A stretch of 64,000 bases of DNA. Source: an uncultured Mycoplasma sp. GTDB lineage: Bacteria > Bacillota_I > Bacilli_A > RF39 > UBA660. The stretch spans positions 7,435-71,434 of the forward strand of contig CAMNSE010000006.1 of NCBI GenBank assembly GCA_946554525.1, written 5' to 3'. Below, piece after piece: positions 1 to 9,716 of the stretch; within the stretch, counting starts at the first letter, position 1, and every line of letters starts with the position of its first letter. The notes beneath the pieces are model-generated. The model was not told the origin of the DNA. It worked only from the letters and a program-made list of their open reading frames with translations, and searched no databases. A program made the translations under genes and the position numbers.

Positions 1-1002
1 CCAACTGATACTAAAAAGGCTATTGAACTTGGAGCAGAAGGAATTGGACTTTGTCGTACAGAGCATATGTTCTTTGAAGAAGAAAGAATTCCTGCAATAA
101 GAAAAATGATTTTATCAGAAACTGAGGAAGATAGAGAAAAAGCTTTAGATGCTTTAATTCCATTCCAAAAAGGTGATTTTAAAGCAATGTACAAAGAATT
201 AAAAGGCCTTCCAATGACTGTTCGTTATTTAGATCCACCTTTACATGAATTCTTACCTAAAGAAGAAAGAGATATTGAAGCTTTAGCAAAAGAAATGGGA
301 GTAACAGTAGAGCATTTAAAACAAAAATGTGATGAACTACATGAATTTAACCCAATGATGGGGCATAGAGGTTGCCGTCTTGCTGTAACATATCCAGAAA
401 TTGCTAGAATGCAAACTAGAGCTTTAATGGAGGCAGCTATAGAGGTTAAAGAAGAAGATGGATATGATATTGTTCCTGAAATTATGATACCTCTAGTAGG
501 AGAAGTAAAAGAGCTTAAATATGTTAAAGATGTTGTAATTGAAACGGCTGAAAAAGTGAAGTCTGAAAAGAATTCTGATATGGAATATCATATTGGTACA
601 ATGATTGAAATTCCAAGAGCTGCTATAACTGCAGATGAAATTGCAAAAGAAGCTGAGTTCTTCTCATTTGGAACTAATGACTTAACACAAATGACTTTTG
701 GATTCTCAAGAGATGATGCTGGTAAATTCTTAAAATCATATTATGAAAGAAAAATTTACGAGCAAGATCCATTTGCAAGAATTGATCAAAATGGTGTTGG
801 AGCATTAGTTAAAATAGCTGTCGAAAAAGGGAAAAGTACAAGGCCAAATATTAAGCTTGGTATTTGTGGTGAACATGGTGGAGATCCATCAAGTGTAGAA
901 TTCTGCCATAATATAGGACTTACATATGTTTCATGTTCTCCTTTTAGAGTTCCAATTGCTAGACTTGCTGCTGCTCAAGCTGCAATTAAATCAAGAATGT
1001 AA
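1..1002 (+). CDS. ppdK: pyruvate, phosphate dikinase, C-terminal PEP-utilising/TIM-barrel part (5' partial; reading frame open from base 1)
   Basis: Translation PTDTKKAIELGAEGIGLCRTEHMFFEEERIP...GICGEHGGDPSSV matches the PPDK C-terminal domain; the frame continues to the window edge. Confidence 0.85.
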   Translation, partial: PTDTKKAIELGAEGIGLCRTEHMFFEEERIPAIRKMILSETEEDREKALDALIPFQKGDFKAMYKELKGLPMTVRYLDPPLHEFLPKEERDIEALAKEMGVTVEHLKQKCDELHEFNPMMGHRGCRLAVTYPEIARMQTRALMEAAIEVKEEDGYDIVPEIMIPLVGEVKELKYVKDVVIETAEKVKSEKNSDMEYHIGTMIEIPRAAITADEIAKEAEFFSFGTNDLTQMTFGFSRDDAGKFLKSYYERKIYEQDPFARIDQNGVGALVKIAVEKGKSTRPNIKLGICGEHGGDPSSVEFCHNIGLTYVSCSPFRVPIARLAAAQAAIKSRM

Positions 1003-1031
1003 AAGTTATGTAACACATAACTTTTTCTTTT
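1003..1031 (+). terminator. intrinsic terminator after ppdK
   Basis: Hairpin aagttatgt-aac-acataactt followed by a T-run. Confidence 0.6.
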
Positions 1032-1079
1032 GTTAATAAAATTATTATGATATAATATTATTTCAAGAGGAGAATAGTA

Positions 1080-1772
1080 ATGACACAAATAACACTAGAA
1101 CAATTAATTGCAGGTGCAATACTTAGATTTGGAAGCATTGATAAAATAGACATTAAGTTATTAGCAATCGAATTAAAAGCGCAAAAAATAGCTATTGCGC
1201 CTGATAATAAAAGCATATATTTAGGAGAGTATATAGTATGTAAAAATGGTGTTTATTCCTTAAAGGACGGATACAGCATGGATACCAATATTAGTGATAA
1301 TTATCCATTAGCAAAAGAGCTAGAAAATGTTGCTTGTACTGAATTATTAAATATACTATTTAATATGGATATAGATTTATTTACATTAAAGAAAATAAGT
1401 TATTTAAAAGCCAAAGTAGATGAGGAAGCAAACACATTTAATGTTGAAGAAAGAAAAAGTATTAAAAGTCTATTAGATGAGCATTTCATTATAAAATCTT
1501 GGGAAGGTCTAGCAATATATGATGAAGAACAAGTTTTTATCCTAACTAAAAAAGGGAAAGTAAAGCTATATATGGCAGAAAATCCTGAAATAATAGCATC
1601 GTTAGAAGAGCTTCTAAGATCTTTAAGATATAATGTGGCTTTAATACCAGAATTTTTAGAAACTCAAAATTTAGATACATTTACAATATATATAGAAACA
1701 ATTATGGATTTTGAAAGGTTTTGTTCAACCTATGATCGTGATCCAAGAAGTCCACAACAATTAGGAAGCTAG
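1080..1772 (+). CDS. hypothetical protein (230 aa)
   Basis: Clean ORF with RBS agaggag 8 nt upstream; no recognisable family. Confidence 0.5.
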   Translation: MTQITLEQLIAGAILRFGSIDKIDIKLLAIELKAQKIAIAPDNKSIYLGEYIVCKNGVYSLKDGYSMDTNISDNYPLAKELENVACTELLNILFNMDIDLFTLKKISYLKAKVDEEANTFNVEERKSIKSLLDEHFIIKSWEGLAIYDEEQVFILTKKGKVKLYMAENPEIIASLEELLRSLRYNVALIPEFLETQNLDTFTIYIETIMDFERFCSTYDRDPRSPQQLGS

Positions 1773-1827
1773 AAATAGCTTTTTTTCTTATTTAAATTAT
1801 GTTAAAATATATAAGAGGTAAAGATAA

Positions 1828-1941
1828 ATGAAAAAGAAAGAAAATAAAACGATAAAAATTTATGAGGCCTTATTATTTGGAACAGTAATACTAGTATTAG
1901 AATTTATTATTCTAACTCTATTTGTTACTCCATTAATTTAG
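1828..1941 (+). CDS. small hydrophobic peptide (37 aa, one TM helix)
   Basis: ATG after RBS aagaggtaaag; MKKKENKTIKIYEALLFGTVILVLEFIILTLFVTPLI; directly followed by RBS ggagg and the next small ORF. Confidence 0.3.
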   Translation: MKKKENKTIKIYEALLFGTVILVLEFIILTLFVTPLI

Positions 1942-1950
1942 GAGGTTTAT

Positions 1951-2169
1951 ATGAAAAAAGAAGTAAAATTAAATTATTTCATTATAGTAATAATACTGTT
2001 AATGACATTAGAAGGTATACTAACTGGTATTTTTTTAAAAAGGAATAAAGTTGATACTTCTATGTGTGCTAAAGCTGTTTGTAACGAAGATAATTCACTT
2101 TGTTATGTATATGATTTAGATGAAACAGGACATACCATTATTAAATGGAAAGGCAGTTGCCAAAAATAA
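1951..2169 (+). CDS. small membrane-anchored or secreted Cys-containing protein (72 aa)
   Basis: RBS ggaggt; N-terminal hydrophobic segment then a 4-Cys C-terminal half. Confidence 0.4.
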   Translation: MKKEVKLNYFIIVIILLMTLEGILTGIFLKRNKVDTSMCAKAVCNEDNSLCYVYDLDETGHTIIKWKGSCQK

Positions 2170-2246
2170 GTAAATGCCAAAGTATTGTCTTTTTCGCAAA
2201 AATTTGCTAAAATATTGTTTGAACTCTTATTAGGAGGAATTAATAC

Positions 2247-2675
2247 ATGCGTTATATGGGATTAGACTTAGGAACGAAAACACTAGGAGTTGCTTTATCA
2301 GATGAATCAGTAACTCTTGCAAGTTTATATAAAGTAATTCGTTTTAAAAGTGAAGATTATGAATTTGCTTTAAGTGAAGTTCTTAAAATTATTAAAGAAA
2401 AAAATGTTATAAAAATAGCTTTAGGTCTACCTAAAAATATGGATAATACGCAAGGTTTTGCAAGTAAGAGGAGTTTGAATTTTAAAAGAATGTTGGAAGA
2501 AAAAACTGATATTCCAGTTGTTCTAATTGATGAGAGATTAACAACTATTGAAGCTGAAGGATATCTTTTAACAAACGACGCAAGTAGAAAAAAACGCAAA
2601 AAAGTGATTGATGGGGTTGCGGCAGAAATTATATTAGAAACGTTTATGCGTAGGGAGGAAAATAAAAATGAATGA
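2247..2675 (+). CDS. ruvX: Holliday junction resolvase-like protein RuvX/YqgF
   Basis: MRYMGLDLGTKTLGVALSD... is the RuvX N-terminal signature; RBS ggagga; synteny with the DUF1292 gene and mltG. Confidence 0.85.
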   Translation: MRYMGLDLGTKTLGVALSDESVTLASLYKVIRFKSEDYEFALSEVLKIIKEKNVIKIALGLPKNMDNTQGFASKRSLNFKRMLEEKTDIPVVLIDERLTTIEAEGYLLTNDASRKKRKKVIDGVAAEIILETFMRREENKNE

Positions 2676-2943
2676 AGATAGAGAAAAATATTTTACCGTA
2701 ACGGATCATGATGGAAAAACTATAGAATACGAAATACTTTTTACTTTTGACTCTGAAGAAACAAAGAAAAGTTATATTGTATTTACAGATAATAATATAG
2801 ATGAGGATGGTAGTATCATTACTTATGCTGCAACATATGACAAAAGTGGTAAAGAATTGACACTTGGAGATATTAAAACAGAAAGTGAATGGAGAATAAT
2901 TGAAACTTTACTTTCTCAAATTGAAGAAAAGATGGGCGAATAA
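2668..2943 (+). CDS. DUF1292 family protein (YrzB-like)
   Basis: TVTDHDGKTIEYEILFTFDSEE motif; conserved position after ruvX. Confidence 0.7.
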   Translation: MNEDREKYFTVTDHDGKTIEYEILFTFDSEETKKSYIVFTDNNIDEDGSIITYAATYDKSGKELTLGDIKTESEWRIIETLLSQIEEKMGE

Positions 2944-2948
2944 GCGCA

Positions 2949-4022
2949 ATGAAAAAGAAAAAAGTAGTAATTGTTTTAATCTCTATTTTTGTAGTAATAT
3001 CTATATTAATAGGATTATATTTTTATGGATTAACGCCAGTATCCAAAGCATCTTCAGATGTTGAATTTGTTGTTACTAGTGGTAAAGGTAAAATAGAAAT
3101 TATTGATGATTTAAAGAGTGCTGGACTTTTAAAAAGCAAATTTGCATCATATATATATGTAGGTCTTCATGGTACAAATTTACAAGCAGGAAAGTATAGT
3201 TTAAACGCTAGTATGAGTACCAAGCAAATCATTAATAAAATAGGAAATGGCGAGATTATTGAAGAAAAAAATACTTTTATGTTAACATTTATTGAAGGGA
3301 AAAGAATCCCTAATTATGCTGGTGTAATAGCCGAAGCCACTGGGACTACAAAAGAAGAAGTTTTAAGTATTTTAAACGATAAAGAATATTTGCAATCTTT
3401 AATTGATGAATATTGGTTCTTAACAGAAGATATTTTAAATGAGAAAATATATTATCCGTTAGAAGGCTATTTATTTCCTAACACATATGAATTTTACAAA
3501 GGTAGTAGTATAAAAGATATTGTAAGAAGATTGCTAAACGAAATGAATAATCAACTAACATCTATAAAAGGTAAAATAGAATCGTCTAACTTTAATATAC
3601 ATGAGATTTTAACCCTTGCAAGTATTGTAGAATTAGAAGGTGCTAATAGTGACGATAGGGCAGGTGTTGCCGGTGTTTTTTACAATCGTTTGAAACTTGG
3701 AGATTCTTTAGGTAGCGATGTTACAACATATTATGGTGCAAAGGTTGAATTAAGTGAAAGAGACCTTTATCAAGCAGAAATTGATAATTGTAATAATGGA
3801 TACAATACAAGAGGCATTTGTAACCGTGGAAAGCTTCCAGTAGGCCCCATAGCAAGTGTTAGCGCAGCATCTATTAAAGCAACGATAAATCCTGAAGTAC
3901 ATGATTACTTATTCTTTGTTGCAGATAAATATAAACATACTTATTTTACTAAAACTAACTGGGAGCATGAACAAAAAGTTATAGAGTTAAAAAACAGTGG
4001 TTTATGGTATGAATATAAATAA
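2949..4022 (+). CDS. mltG: endolytic murein transglycosylase MltG (YceG family)
   Basis: N-terminal TM helix followed by a YceG-like domain; conserved ruvX-mltG neighbourhood. Confidence 0.8.
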   Translation: MKKKKVVIVLISIFVVISILIGLYFYGLTPVSKASSDVEFVVTSGKGKIEIIDDLKSAGLLKSKFASYIYVGLHGTNLQAGKYSLNASMSTKQIINKIGNGEIIEEKNTFMLTFIEGKRIPNYAGVIAEATGTTKEEVLSILNDKEYLQSLIDEYWFLTEDILNEKIYYPLEGYLFPNTYEFYKGSSIKDIVRRLLNEMNNQLTSIKGKIESSNFNIHEILTLASIVELEGANSDDRAGVAGVFYNRLKLGDSLGSDVTTYYGAKVELSERDLYQAEIDNCNNGYNTRGICNRGKLPVGPIASVSAASIKATINPEVHDYLFFVADKYKHTYFTKTNWEHEQKVIELKNSGLWYEYK

Positions 4023-4041
4023 ATTTTGAGGTGAATAAAAA

Positions 4042-4638
4042 ATGAAACAAGCTTTATTAGAAATGGAAAGTTATGCCGCGGAGCATAACGTTCCAATTAT
4101 TGAAAAAGAATCCATTGCTTTTATGATGAAATATATTAAGAAGAATAACATTAAAAGCATATTAGAGATTGGAAGTGCAATCGGATACTCTGCTATTTTA
4201 ATGGCAAGTGTTGCAGAAGATGTAACAGTAACGACCATTGAAAGAGATGAAGTAAGATACATGGAATGCTTAAAAAATGTCAAAAAATATGGTTTTGAAT
4301 CAAAAATTAATGTTGTATTTCAAGATGCTCTTGAAGTGAATTTAACAAGTGGCTTATATGATATGATATTTATTGACGCTGCTAAAGGGCAATATACAAA
4401 GTTCTTTGAAAAATTTCAATATTTTTTAAAGCCTGGAGGAACTATTATTACTGATAATTTAAAATTCCATGGTTATGTTGGCAAATCAAGTGAAATTGAA
4501 TCTAAAAATTTAAGAGGCCTTGCTGAGAAAATTGAAGGTTATATTGAATTTTTAAAGGAAAATAAAGACTTTGAAACAAACTTTTATGATGTTGGCGATG
4601 GCATAAGCATTAGTGTGAAGAAAGATGAAAAAAAATAA
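4042..4638 (+). CDS. class I SAM-dependent O-methyltransferase (YrrM/TrmR-like)
   Basis: LEIGSAIGYSAILMA and IFIDAAKGQY motifs of the caffeoyl-CoA OMT-like family; YrrM position after mltG. Confidence 0.75.
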   Translation: MKQALLEMESYAAEHNVPIIEKESIAFMMKYIKKNNIKSILEIGSAIGYSAILMASVAEDVTVTTIERDEVRYMECLKNVKKYGFESKINVVFQDALEVNLTSGLYDMIFIDAAKGQYTKFFEKFQYFLKPGGTIITDNLKFHGYVGKSSEIESKNLRGLAEKIEGYIEFLKENKDFETNFYDVGDGISISVKKDEKK

Positions 4639-5425
4639 TTATTTAATTTTAGTAGAAAATGATAGTTTAGTAGAAAAATTAAAAGAAGAAAGTAATATTA
4701 CTTTCCTTTTTCCATTACAAGACTTTTCTATTGGATTTAATAATACTTTTAATATAGATGATATAAAATGCGACCATGCTTATGTCTTTATTAATCGCTT
4801 GCTTGATAATGACAGTATTCTTTCTTTAAAAGAAATTTTAAATAGTCTTCCTTCTAATATAGAGGGTATCGTATTTGATGATATAGGTGTATTAAACATC
4901 TTATTAGAAAGTAATAGTAAACTAAAGAAAATATTATTTCTAAATCACTTAAATTGTAATTATGAAAGCATTAATACATGGCTTAATTATGTAGATAGTG
5001 TTGTTCCTTCACCAGATATTACAATAGATGAAATAGATGAAATTTTAAATAAATCCAAGAAAATGCTTACACTATTTACTTTTGGACATGTTAATATCAT
5101 GTATTCTAGACGTACATTAATTACAAATTATAACAAGAATTTTAATGCTAATGAAGAAAAAAATAGTCTTTTAGAAGAAAAAGTAAGTAAGCAGAAGTTT
5201 AAAATTATGGAAAACAAATATGGAACGGTTATTTATACTGAATATCCATTTAATGGTCTTAAATTAAGAAATGGAGAAAATGTTTTATATTATTTAATAA
5301 ATACAGTTTTTTTAAGTGATGATGAAGTAATAGATATAATTAAAAGCACCAATAACTTAGAAGATAAATATCCTTATAAATATTTAAGTGAGAAAAAAAC
5401 AATCTTTAAATTAAAGGAAGAATGA
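4625..5425 (+). CDS. hypothetical protein (266 aa), possibly a degenerate YrrN/U32-like paralogue
   Basis: Occupies the position of Bacillus yrrN upstream of the U32 peptidase gene; no clear motifs. Confidence 0.4.
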   Translation: MKKNNYLILVENDSLVEKLKEESNITFLFPLQDFSIGFNNTFNIDDIKCDHAYVFINRLLDNDSILSLKEILNSLPSNIEGIVFDDIGVLNILLESNSKLKKILFLNHLNCNYESINTWLNYVDSVVPSPDITIDEIDEILNKSKKMLTLFTFGHVNIMYSRRTLITNYNKNFNANEEKNSLLEEKVSKQKFKIMENKYGTVIYTEYPFNGLKLRNGENVLYYLINTVFLSDDEVIDIIKSTNNLEDKYPYKYLSEKKTIFKLKEE

Positions 5426-5438
5426 AAGGATTGAAAAA

Positions 5439-5843
5439 ATGAAAAAAGTAGTAATTTCTGGGAGTGCTAAACTACAAGATGAAATAAAAAATTGGATAAA
5501 TATTTTTAGCCAAAAAAAATATGAAATATTAGATTATCCCAAAAAAATTGAAGAAAATGAGTTTATGACTTTGTATCCAAGTATTCATAAGGCTTTTTAT
5601 GAAAATATTACAAATGCTGATATATTATTTATTATGAATGAAGATAAAGATAATATTAAGGGATATATTGGCGCTGCTGCATTTGCGGAGTTAGCATTTG
5701 GATTATCGCAAAATTTAATTTACCATAAAAATTTAGATTTAGTAATTATGAAAATGCCTGATGAAAAAGTAAAATGCTATGAAGAAATTAAACTATGGAT
5801 TAAATTAGGGTGGATTAAGCTATTTAAGGAGGAAGAAAAATGA
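5439..5843 (+). CDS. hypothetical protein (134 aa)
   Basis: ORF with RBS aaggattga; 4-bp overlap with the downstream U32 gene. Confidence 0.45.
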   Translation: MKKVVISGSAKLQDEIKNWINIFSQKKYEILDYPKKIEENEFMTLYPSIHKAFYENITNADILFIMNEDKDNIKGYIGAAAFAELAFGLSQNLIYHKNLDLVIMKMPDEKVKCYEEIKLWIKLGWIKLFKEEEK

Positions 5844-7027
5844 TCGAATTACTTGCTCCAGCAGGATCTTTAGAACGTTTAAAAATAGCTTTTTTATATG
5901 GTGCTGATGCTGTATACGTGGGAGGTTATCATTATTCGCTAAGAGCTAATGCTATTAATTTTAGTGAAAGTGAGTTAAAAGAAGCTTGCAATTTTGCTCA
6001 TAATTTAGGAAAAAAAGTTTATGTAACGGTAAATATTGCTATGCATAATAGTGAATTAGAAGGACTAGAAGAGTATTTAAAAGAATTAGCTTCTATTAAA
6101 GTAGATGCAGTCATCGTAAGTGATATTGCAGTAATAAATGCTATTAAAAATAATAATATTGATTTAGAAATACATCTATCAACTCAAGCAAGCACGCTTA
6201 ATTATGAAGCAGCTCTATTTTATAAAAAACTAGGTGTAAAAAGAATTGTTTTAGCAAGAGAAGCATCTAAAGAAGATATTATCCAAATAAAGAAGCATAC
6301 TGGTCTTGATTTAGAATGCTTTATTCAAGGAGCTATGTGTACTAGCTTTAGTGGTAAATGTGTATTATCAAATGTTACTACAAATAGGGATTCTAACCGA
6401 GGTGGATGCGCTCAAATATGTAGATGGATCTTTAATATTAATGATAACGAGCACCCATTTAGCATGACTCCTAAAGATTTAAATATGAGTATATATTTAG
6501 AAGATATGATAAAAATTGGTGTAAATTCTTTTAAAGTAGAGGGGCGCATGCGTTCTATATATTACATTGCAACAGTTATTTATGAATATAGGCGATTATT
6601 TGATAAAATAAAGACGAATACTTTAAAAGAATCTGACATATACTATGCTAATGATATTATTAATCGCTGTGCTAACCGTGAAAGCGCTCCTCAGTTTTTT
6701 GATAAACTACCTACTAATAAAGAACAATATTATTTAGGAAGAGAAGAAGTGTCAAATCAAGATTTTTTAGGAATTGTATTAGAAGAGAAAGACAACTTAG
6801 TTTTATTAGAAGAAAGAAATTTCTTTAAAGTGGGAGATATAGTAGAATTTTTTGGACCAGATCTAGAACCATTTACATACGAGATTCATAATATATTTGA
6901 TGAAAACAAGAATAAAATAGATGTTGCAAGACATCCGCAAATGAAAGTTTATTTAGAAATTGATAAGAGACTTCCTAAAAGTTCAATGATGCGGTTAAAA
7001 GTATTTGACAAAAATGATTATTTGTAG
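5840..7027 (+). CDS. peptidase U32 family protein (YrrO/YhbU-like)
   Basis: MIELLAPAGSLERLKIAFLYGADAVYVGG N-terminal U32 signature; C-terminal beta-barrel extension. Confidence 0.85.
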   Translation: MIELLAPAGSLERLKIAFLYGADAVYVGGYHYSLRANAINFSESELKEACNFAHNLGKKVYVTVNIAMHNSELEGLEEYLKELASIKVDAVIVSDIAVINAIKNNNIDLEIHLSTQASTLNYEAALFYKKLGVKRIVLAREASKEDIIQIKKHTGLDLECFIQGAMCTSFSGKCVLSNVTTNRDSNRGGCAQICRWIFNINDNEHPFSMTPKDLNMSIYLEDMIKIGVNSFKVEGRMRSIYYIATVIYEYRRLFDKIKTNTLKESDIYYANDIINRCANRESAPQFFDKLPTNKEQYYLGREEVSNQDFLGIVLEEKDNLVLLEERNFFKVGDIVEFFGPDLEPFTYEIHNIFDENKNKIDVARHPQMKVYLEIDKRLPKSSMMRLKVFDKNDYL

Positions 7028-7069
7028 TATTCTTTTGTAGACATAAAAAAATTTGAGGTGGAGAGATAA

Positions 7070-7537
7070 ATGAAAAAAGAAAATAAAGTAGTTTTAACGC
7101 CAGAGGGTTACTTAGAACTTGAGGCAGAACTAAATGATTTAAAATCAAATAAAAGAAATGAAGTTATTGAAACGCTAAAATATGCTAGAAGTTTAGGCGA
7201 TCTATCTGAAAATGCCGATTATGATGCAGCTCGTAATGAGCAAGCTCAAGTAGAAGCGAGAATTAAAGAATTAGAATATAAACTAGAACATTGTGAAATA
7301 ATAGAAAATAAAGACAAAAATGTTGCTAATGTTGGCTCTACTATTGTTATAGAATATGAAGAAGATGACGCAGAAGAGTATAAAATTGTAGGATCATTAG
7401 AAGCTGATCCATTTAGTAATAAGATTTCAAATGAATCTCCAATTGGAAAAGCTGTAATTGGGCATAAAGCCGGAGAGAAGATTTCAGTAGAAAGTCCTAA
7501 TGGAGCATATACAGTTTTATTAAAAAGTGTAAATTAA
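7070..7537 (+). CDS. greA: transcription elongation factor GreA
   Basis: LTPEGYLELEAELNDLK...ARSLGDLSENADYDAA; 155 aa. Confidence 0.9.
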   Translation: MKKENKVVLTPEGYLELEAELNDLKSNKRNEVIETLKYARSLGDLSENADYDAARNEQAQVEARIKELEYKLEHCEIIENKDKNVANVGSTIVIEYEEDDAEEYKIVGSLEADPFSNKISNESPIGKAVIGHKAGEKISVESPNGAYTVLLKSVN

Positions 7538-7566
7538 TAAATTGACTCAAGTAGCCAATTTTTTAG

Positions 7567-7595
7567 TTGTATTTTGTAAATACTTATGATATAAT
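7567..7595 (+). promoter_or_regulatory. sigma-A-type promoter for rplS (-35 TTGTAT, 17-nt spacer, extended -10 TGaTATAAT)
   Basis: Read directly from the sequence; a ~70-nt leader lies upstream of the rplS RBS. Confidence 0.5.
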
Positions 7596-7674
7596 TTACT
7601 GGACCCAAGAAAATATAATCCGCTTACTTTAGTTAATGATTATAGGTTAATATATAATAGAGAGGATGTATAAA

Positions 7675-8037
7675 ATGGCAAATTTAGTTGACAAAATTAA
7701 TGAACGTCATATGAGAAAAGACATACCTGAATTTCGTGTAGGAGACACAGTTCGTGTTGATGTATGGGTTAAAGAAGGAAAGAAAGAAAGAATCCAAGCT
7801 TTTGAAGGATTAGTAATCGCTAAAAAAGGTAGTGGAGTATCTGAGACTTTCTCAGTTCGTAAAAAATCTGGCGGAATCGGTGTAACTCGTATTTTCCCTG
7901 TGAATGCTCCAACAATTGATAAAATTGTTGTAGTTAAAAAAGGTATGGTTAGACGTGCAAAACTTAACTTTATCAAAGGTATGCGTAAAGAATACCGTGT
8001 TAAAGAAAGAAACGATTCAGTTAAAACTGAAAATTAA
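7675..8037 (+). CDS. rplS: 50S ribosomal protein L19
   Basis: MANLVDKINERHMRKDIPEFRVGDTVRV...; start moved to the second ATG, which has RBS agagagg at 9-nt spacing. Confidence 0.9.
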   Translation: MANLVDKINERHMRKDIPEFRVGDTVRVDVWVKEGKKERIQAFEGLVIAKKGSGVSETFSVRKKSGGIGVTRIFPVNAPTIDKIVVVKKGMVRRAKLNFIKGMRKEYRVKERNDSVKTEN

Positions 8038-8045
8038 TTTAAAAG

Positions 8046-8076
8046 AATTAAGAGTAATCTTAATTTTTTTGTTTTT
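8046..8076 (+). terminator. intrinsic terminator after rplS
   Basis: aattaaga-gtaa-tcttaatt hairpin followed by TTTTTTgTTTTT. Confidence 0.7.
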
Positions 8077-8143
8077 AGCTCTTGATATCTTGAAGAAAGG
8101 ATAAAAAAGTGTTACTATTAAAGAAATATAAAAGGAGATTATT

Positions 8144-8626
8144 ATGAAATTATTAAAAAGTTTAATTCCATATTTAGTAGTAATTATTGTAGTAGTATTA
8201 ATTCGCTCATTTATTATTACTCCGGTAAGAGTAAATGGTAGTAGCATGGCGCCAACTCTAAATGGCAATGAAATCATGCTTCTAAATAAATTAGGAAGTA
8301 TTGATAGATATGATATCGTGGTACTTAAAGTTGAAAGTGAAAAAGAAGAATTAATAAAAAGAGTAATTGGCCTTCCAGGCGAGGAAGTTGAAATTAAAGA
8401 TAGTAAAATCTATATTAATGATGAAGTAATAGAAGATATTCATGGATACGGAAATACATATAGTATAGATAAAGTAAAACTCGGTAGTGATGAATATTTT
8501 GTTTTAGGTGATAACCGCGCTATATCCCTAGATAGTAGAGTATTTGGAAAAATCAAAAAGAATGAAATAAAAGGAACTACTAACTTTATTATGTATCCTT
8601 TTAATAAAATAGGAAAAGTAAAATAA
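8144..8626 (+). CDS. lepB: signal peptidase I (bacterial P-type, LepB/SipS-like)
   Basis: N-terminal TM helix; GSSMAPTL (catalytic Ser box), KRVIGLPGE and GDNR boxes. Confidence 0.85.
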   Translation: MKLLKSLIPYLVVIIVVVLIRSFIITPVRVNGSSMAPTLNGNEIMLLNKLGSIDRYDIVVLKVESEKEELIKRVIGLPGEEVEIKDSKIYINDEVIEDIHGYGNTYSIDKVKLGSDEYFVLGDNRAISLDSRVFGKIKKNEIKGTTNFIMYPFNKIGKVK

Positions 8627-8627
8627 T

Positions 8628-9590
8628 ATGATAGATATCATTATTCCCATTTATAATACTCCAATTAATGATTTAAAAAGATGTTTTAAAAGTATTATAA
8701 ATAGTACATATAAAAAGTATCAAGTAATTTTAATTGACGATGGAAGTACTAATGAAATTAAAAAATTTCTAGATAACTATACCAAAGATAAAGAAAACTT
8801 TAAAGTGTATCATATTCCAAATGGAGGAGTGAGCAATGCTAGAAATTTAGGAATTGAATTATCAGATGGCGAATATATAGCATTTGTCGATAGTGATGAT
8901 ACTATAGCTAGCTGTTTTTTAGAAGAAGCATATAATCTTATAACTAAAAACAATTTAGACATTGTAATTGGCGGATATAATGAGATAAAAAATGATGAGA
9001 TTATAAAGACAAGAAAATGTGAAGATGGATTTCATTTATATAATGAAGAAAATCTACATTTATTCAAAGATAAATTAATATCTAGCAAATTAAAACATAA
9101 TAATAAAGAAATAAATGACGCTCCTATTGGGAGAATATATTCTCGACTTTATAAAAGAAGTATTTTAAAATTAATAAAGTTTAATTCGAGTGTTAATTTA
9201 AGTGAAGATACTTTATATATGATTGATTTAATGCAAGTTGTAAAACAAATAGGAATAGTTCCAAATATCTGGTATAACTATTATCAAAATGATTATTCTG
9301 TTCTTCATCAAAAGAACGATGTTAAAACGATTCGAGATATTAGTGTATTTATAGAAGAAATAATAAAAAGAATGAATAATGAGCGAAGTGAAGAAATAAA
9401 AAATGCATATTGTTTTCGGATTATAAAAGCAATATTTAATATAAGAGATTTATTAGAAGACAATTTAGAATATTATTATCAAATATATAATGAGTCAAAT
9501 AGAGTAATTTTTAAAAAGTTTAACCATCAGGATTATATCAATATTTCTTCAGAAGAAATAGAATTTATAAATAGTATTAAAGAACAGTAA
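8628..9590 (+). CDS. glycosyltransferase family 2
   Basis: IIIPIYNTP...ILIDDGS...DSDD GT-A fold motifs. Confidence 0.75.
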   Translation: MIDIIIPIYNTPINDLKRCFKSIINSTYKKYQVILIDDGSTNEIKKFLDNYTKDKENFKVYHIPNGGVSNARNLGIELSDGEYIAFVDSDDTIASCFLEEAYNLITKNNLDIVIGGYNEIKNDEIIKTRKCEDGFHLYNEENLHLFKDKLISSKLKHNNKEINDAPIGRIYSRLYKRSILKLIKFNSSVNLSEDTLYMIDLMQVVKQIGIVPNIWYNYYQNDYSVLHQKNDVKTIRDISVFIEEIIKRMNNERSEEIKNAYCFRIIKAIFNIRDLLEDNLEYYYQIYNESNRVIFKKFNHQDYINISSEEIEFINSIKEQ

Positions 9591-9716
9591 TTAACTATTT
9601 TTATATTATTATCTTTACATAAGAATTAAATAAAACAAAAGAAAATAAAAGCATATTTTTAGCTCACTCAAGATAGGCTTAAAATAATTAATATAAATAG
9701 TAAGCAGGTGAATATC

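Noticed and set aside
2357-2599. Minus-strand 80-aa ORF inside ruvX, and the similar antisense ORFs at 4071-4283, 7707-7976, 8017-8277, 10649-10909, 11315-11530, 12825-13067, 14972-15202, 16636-16908, 19903-20190, 21068-21373, 21890-22117, 22439-22780, 23279-23494, 25718-25903, 30000-30185, 34567-34761, 37616-37861, 38033-38251, 44435-44620, 46565-46804, 48905-49252, 49351-49614, 49835-50110, 51100-51306, 54873-55178, 55952-56143, 56714-56899, 57642-57830, 60011-61111
   Set aside because: All are embedded antisense within strongly supported + strand genes. They have hydrophobic or low-complexity translations typical of AT-rich antisense frames and no RBS.
7538-7560. Possible terminator after greA (aattg...caatttttt)
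   Set aside because: The stem is only ~5 bp with a long irregular loop, so it is too weak to call.
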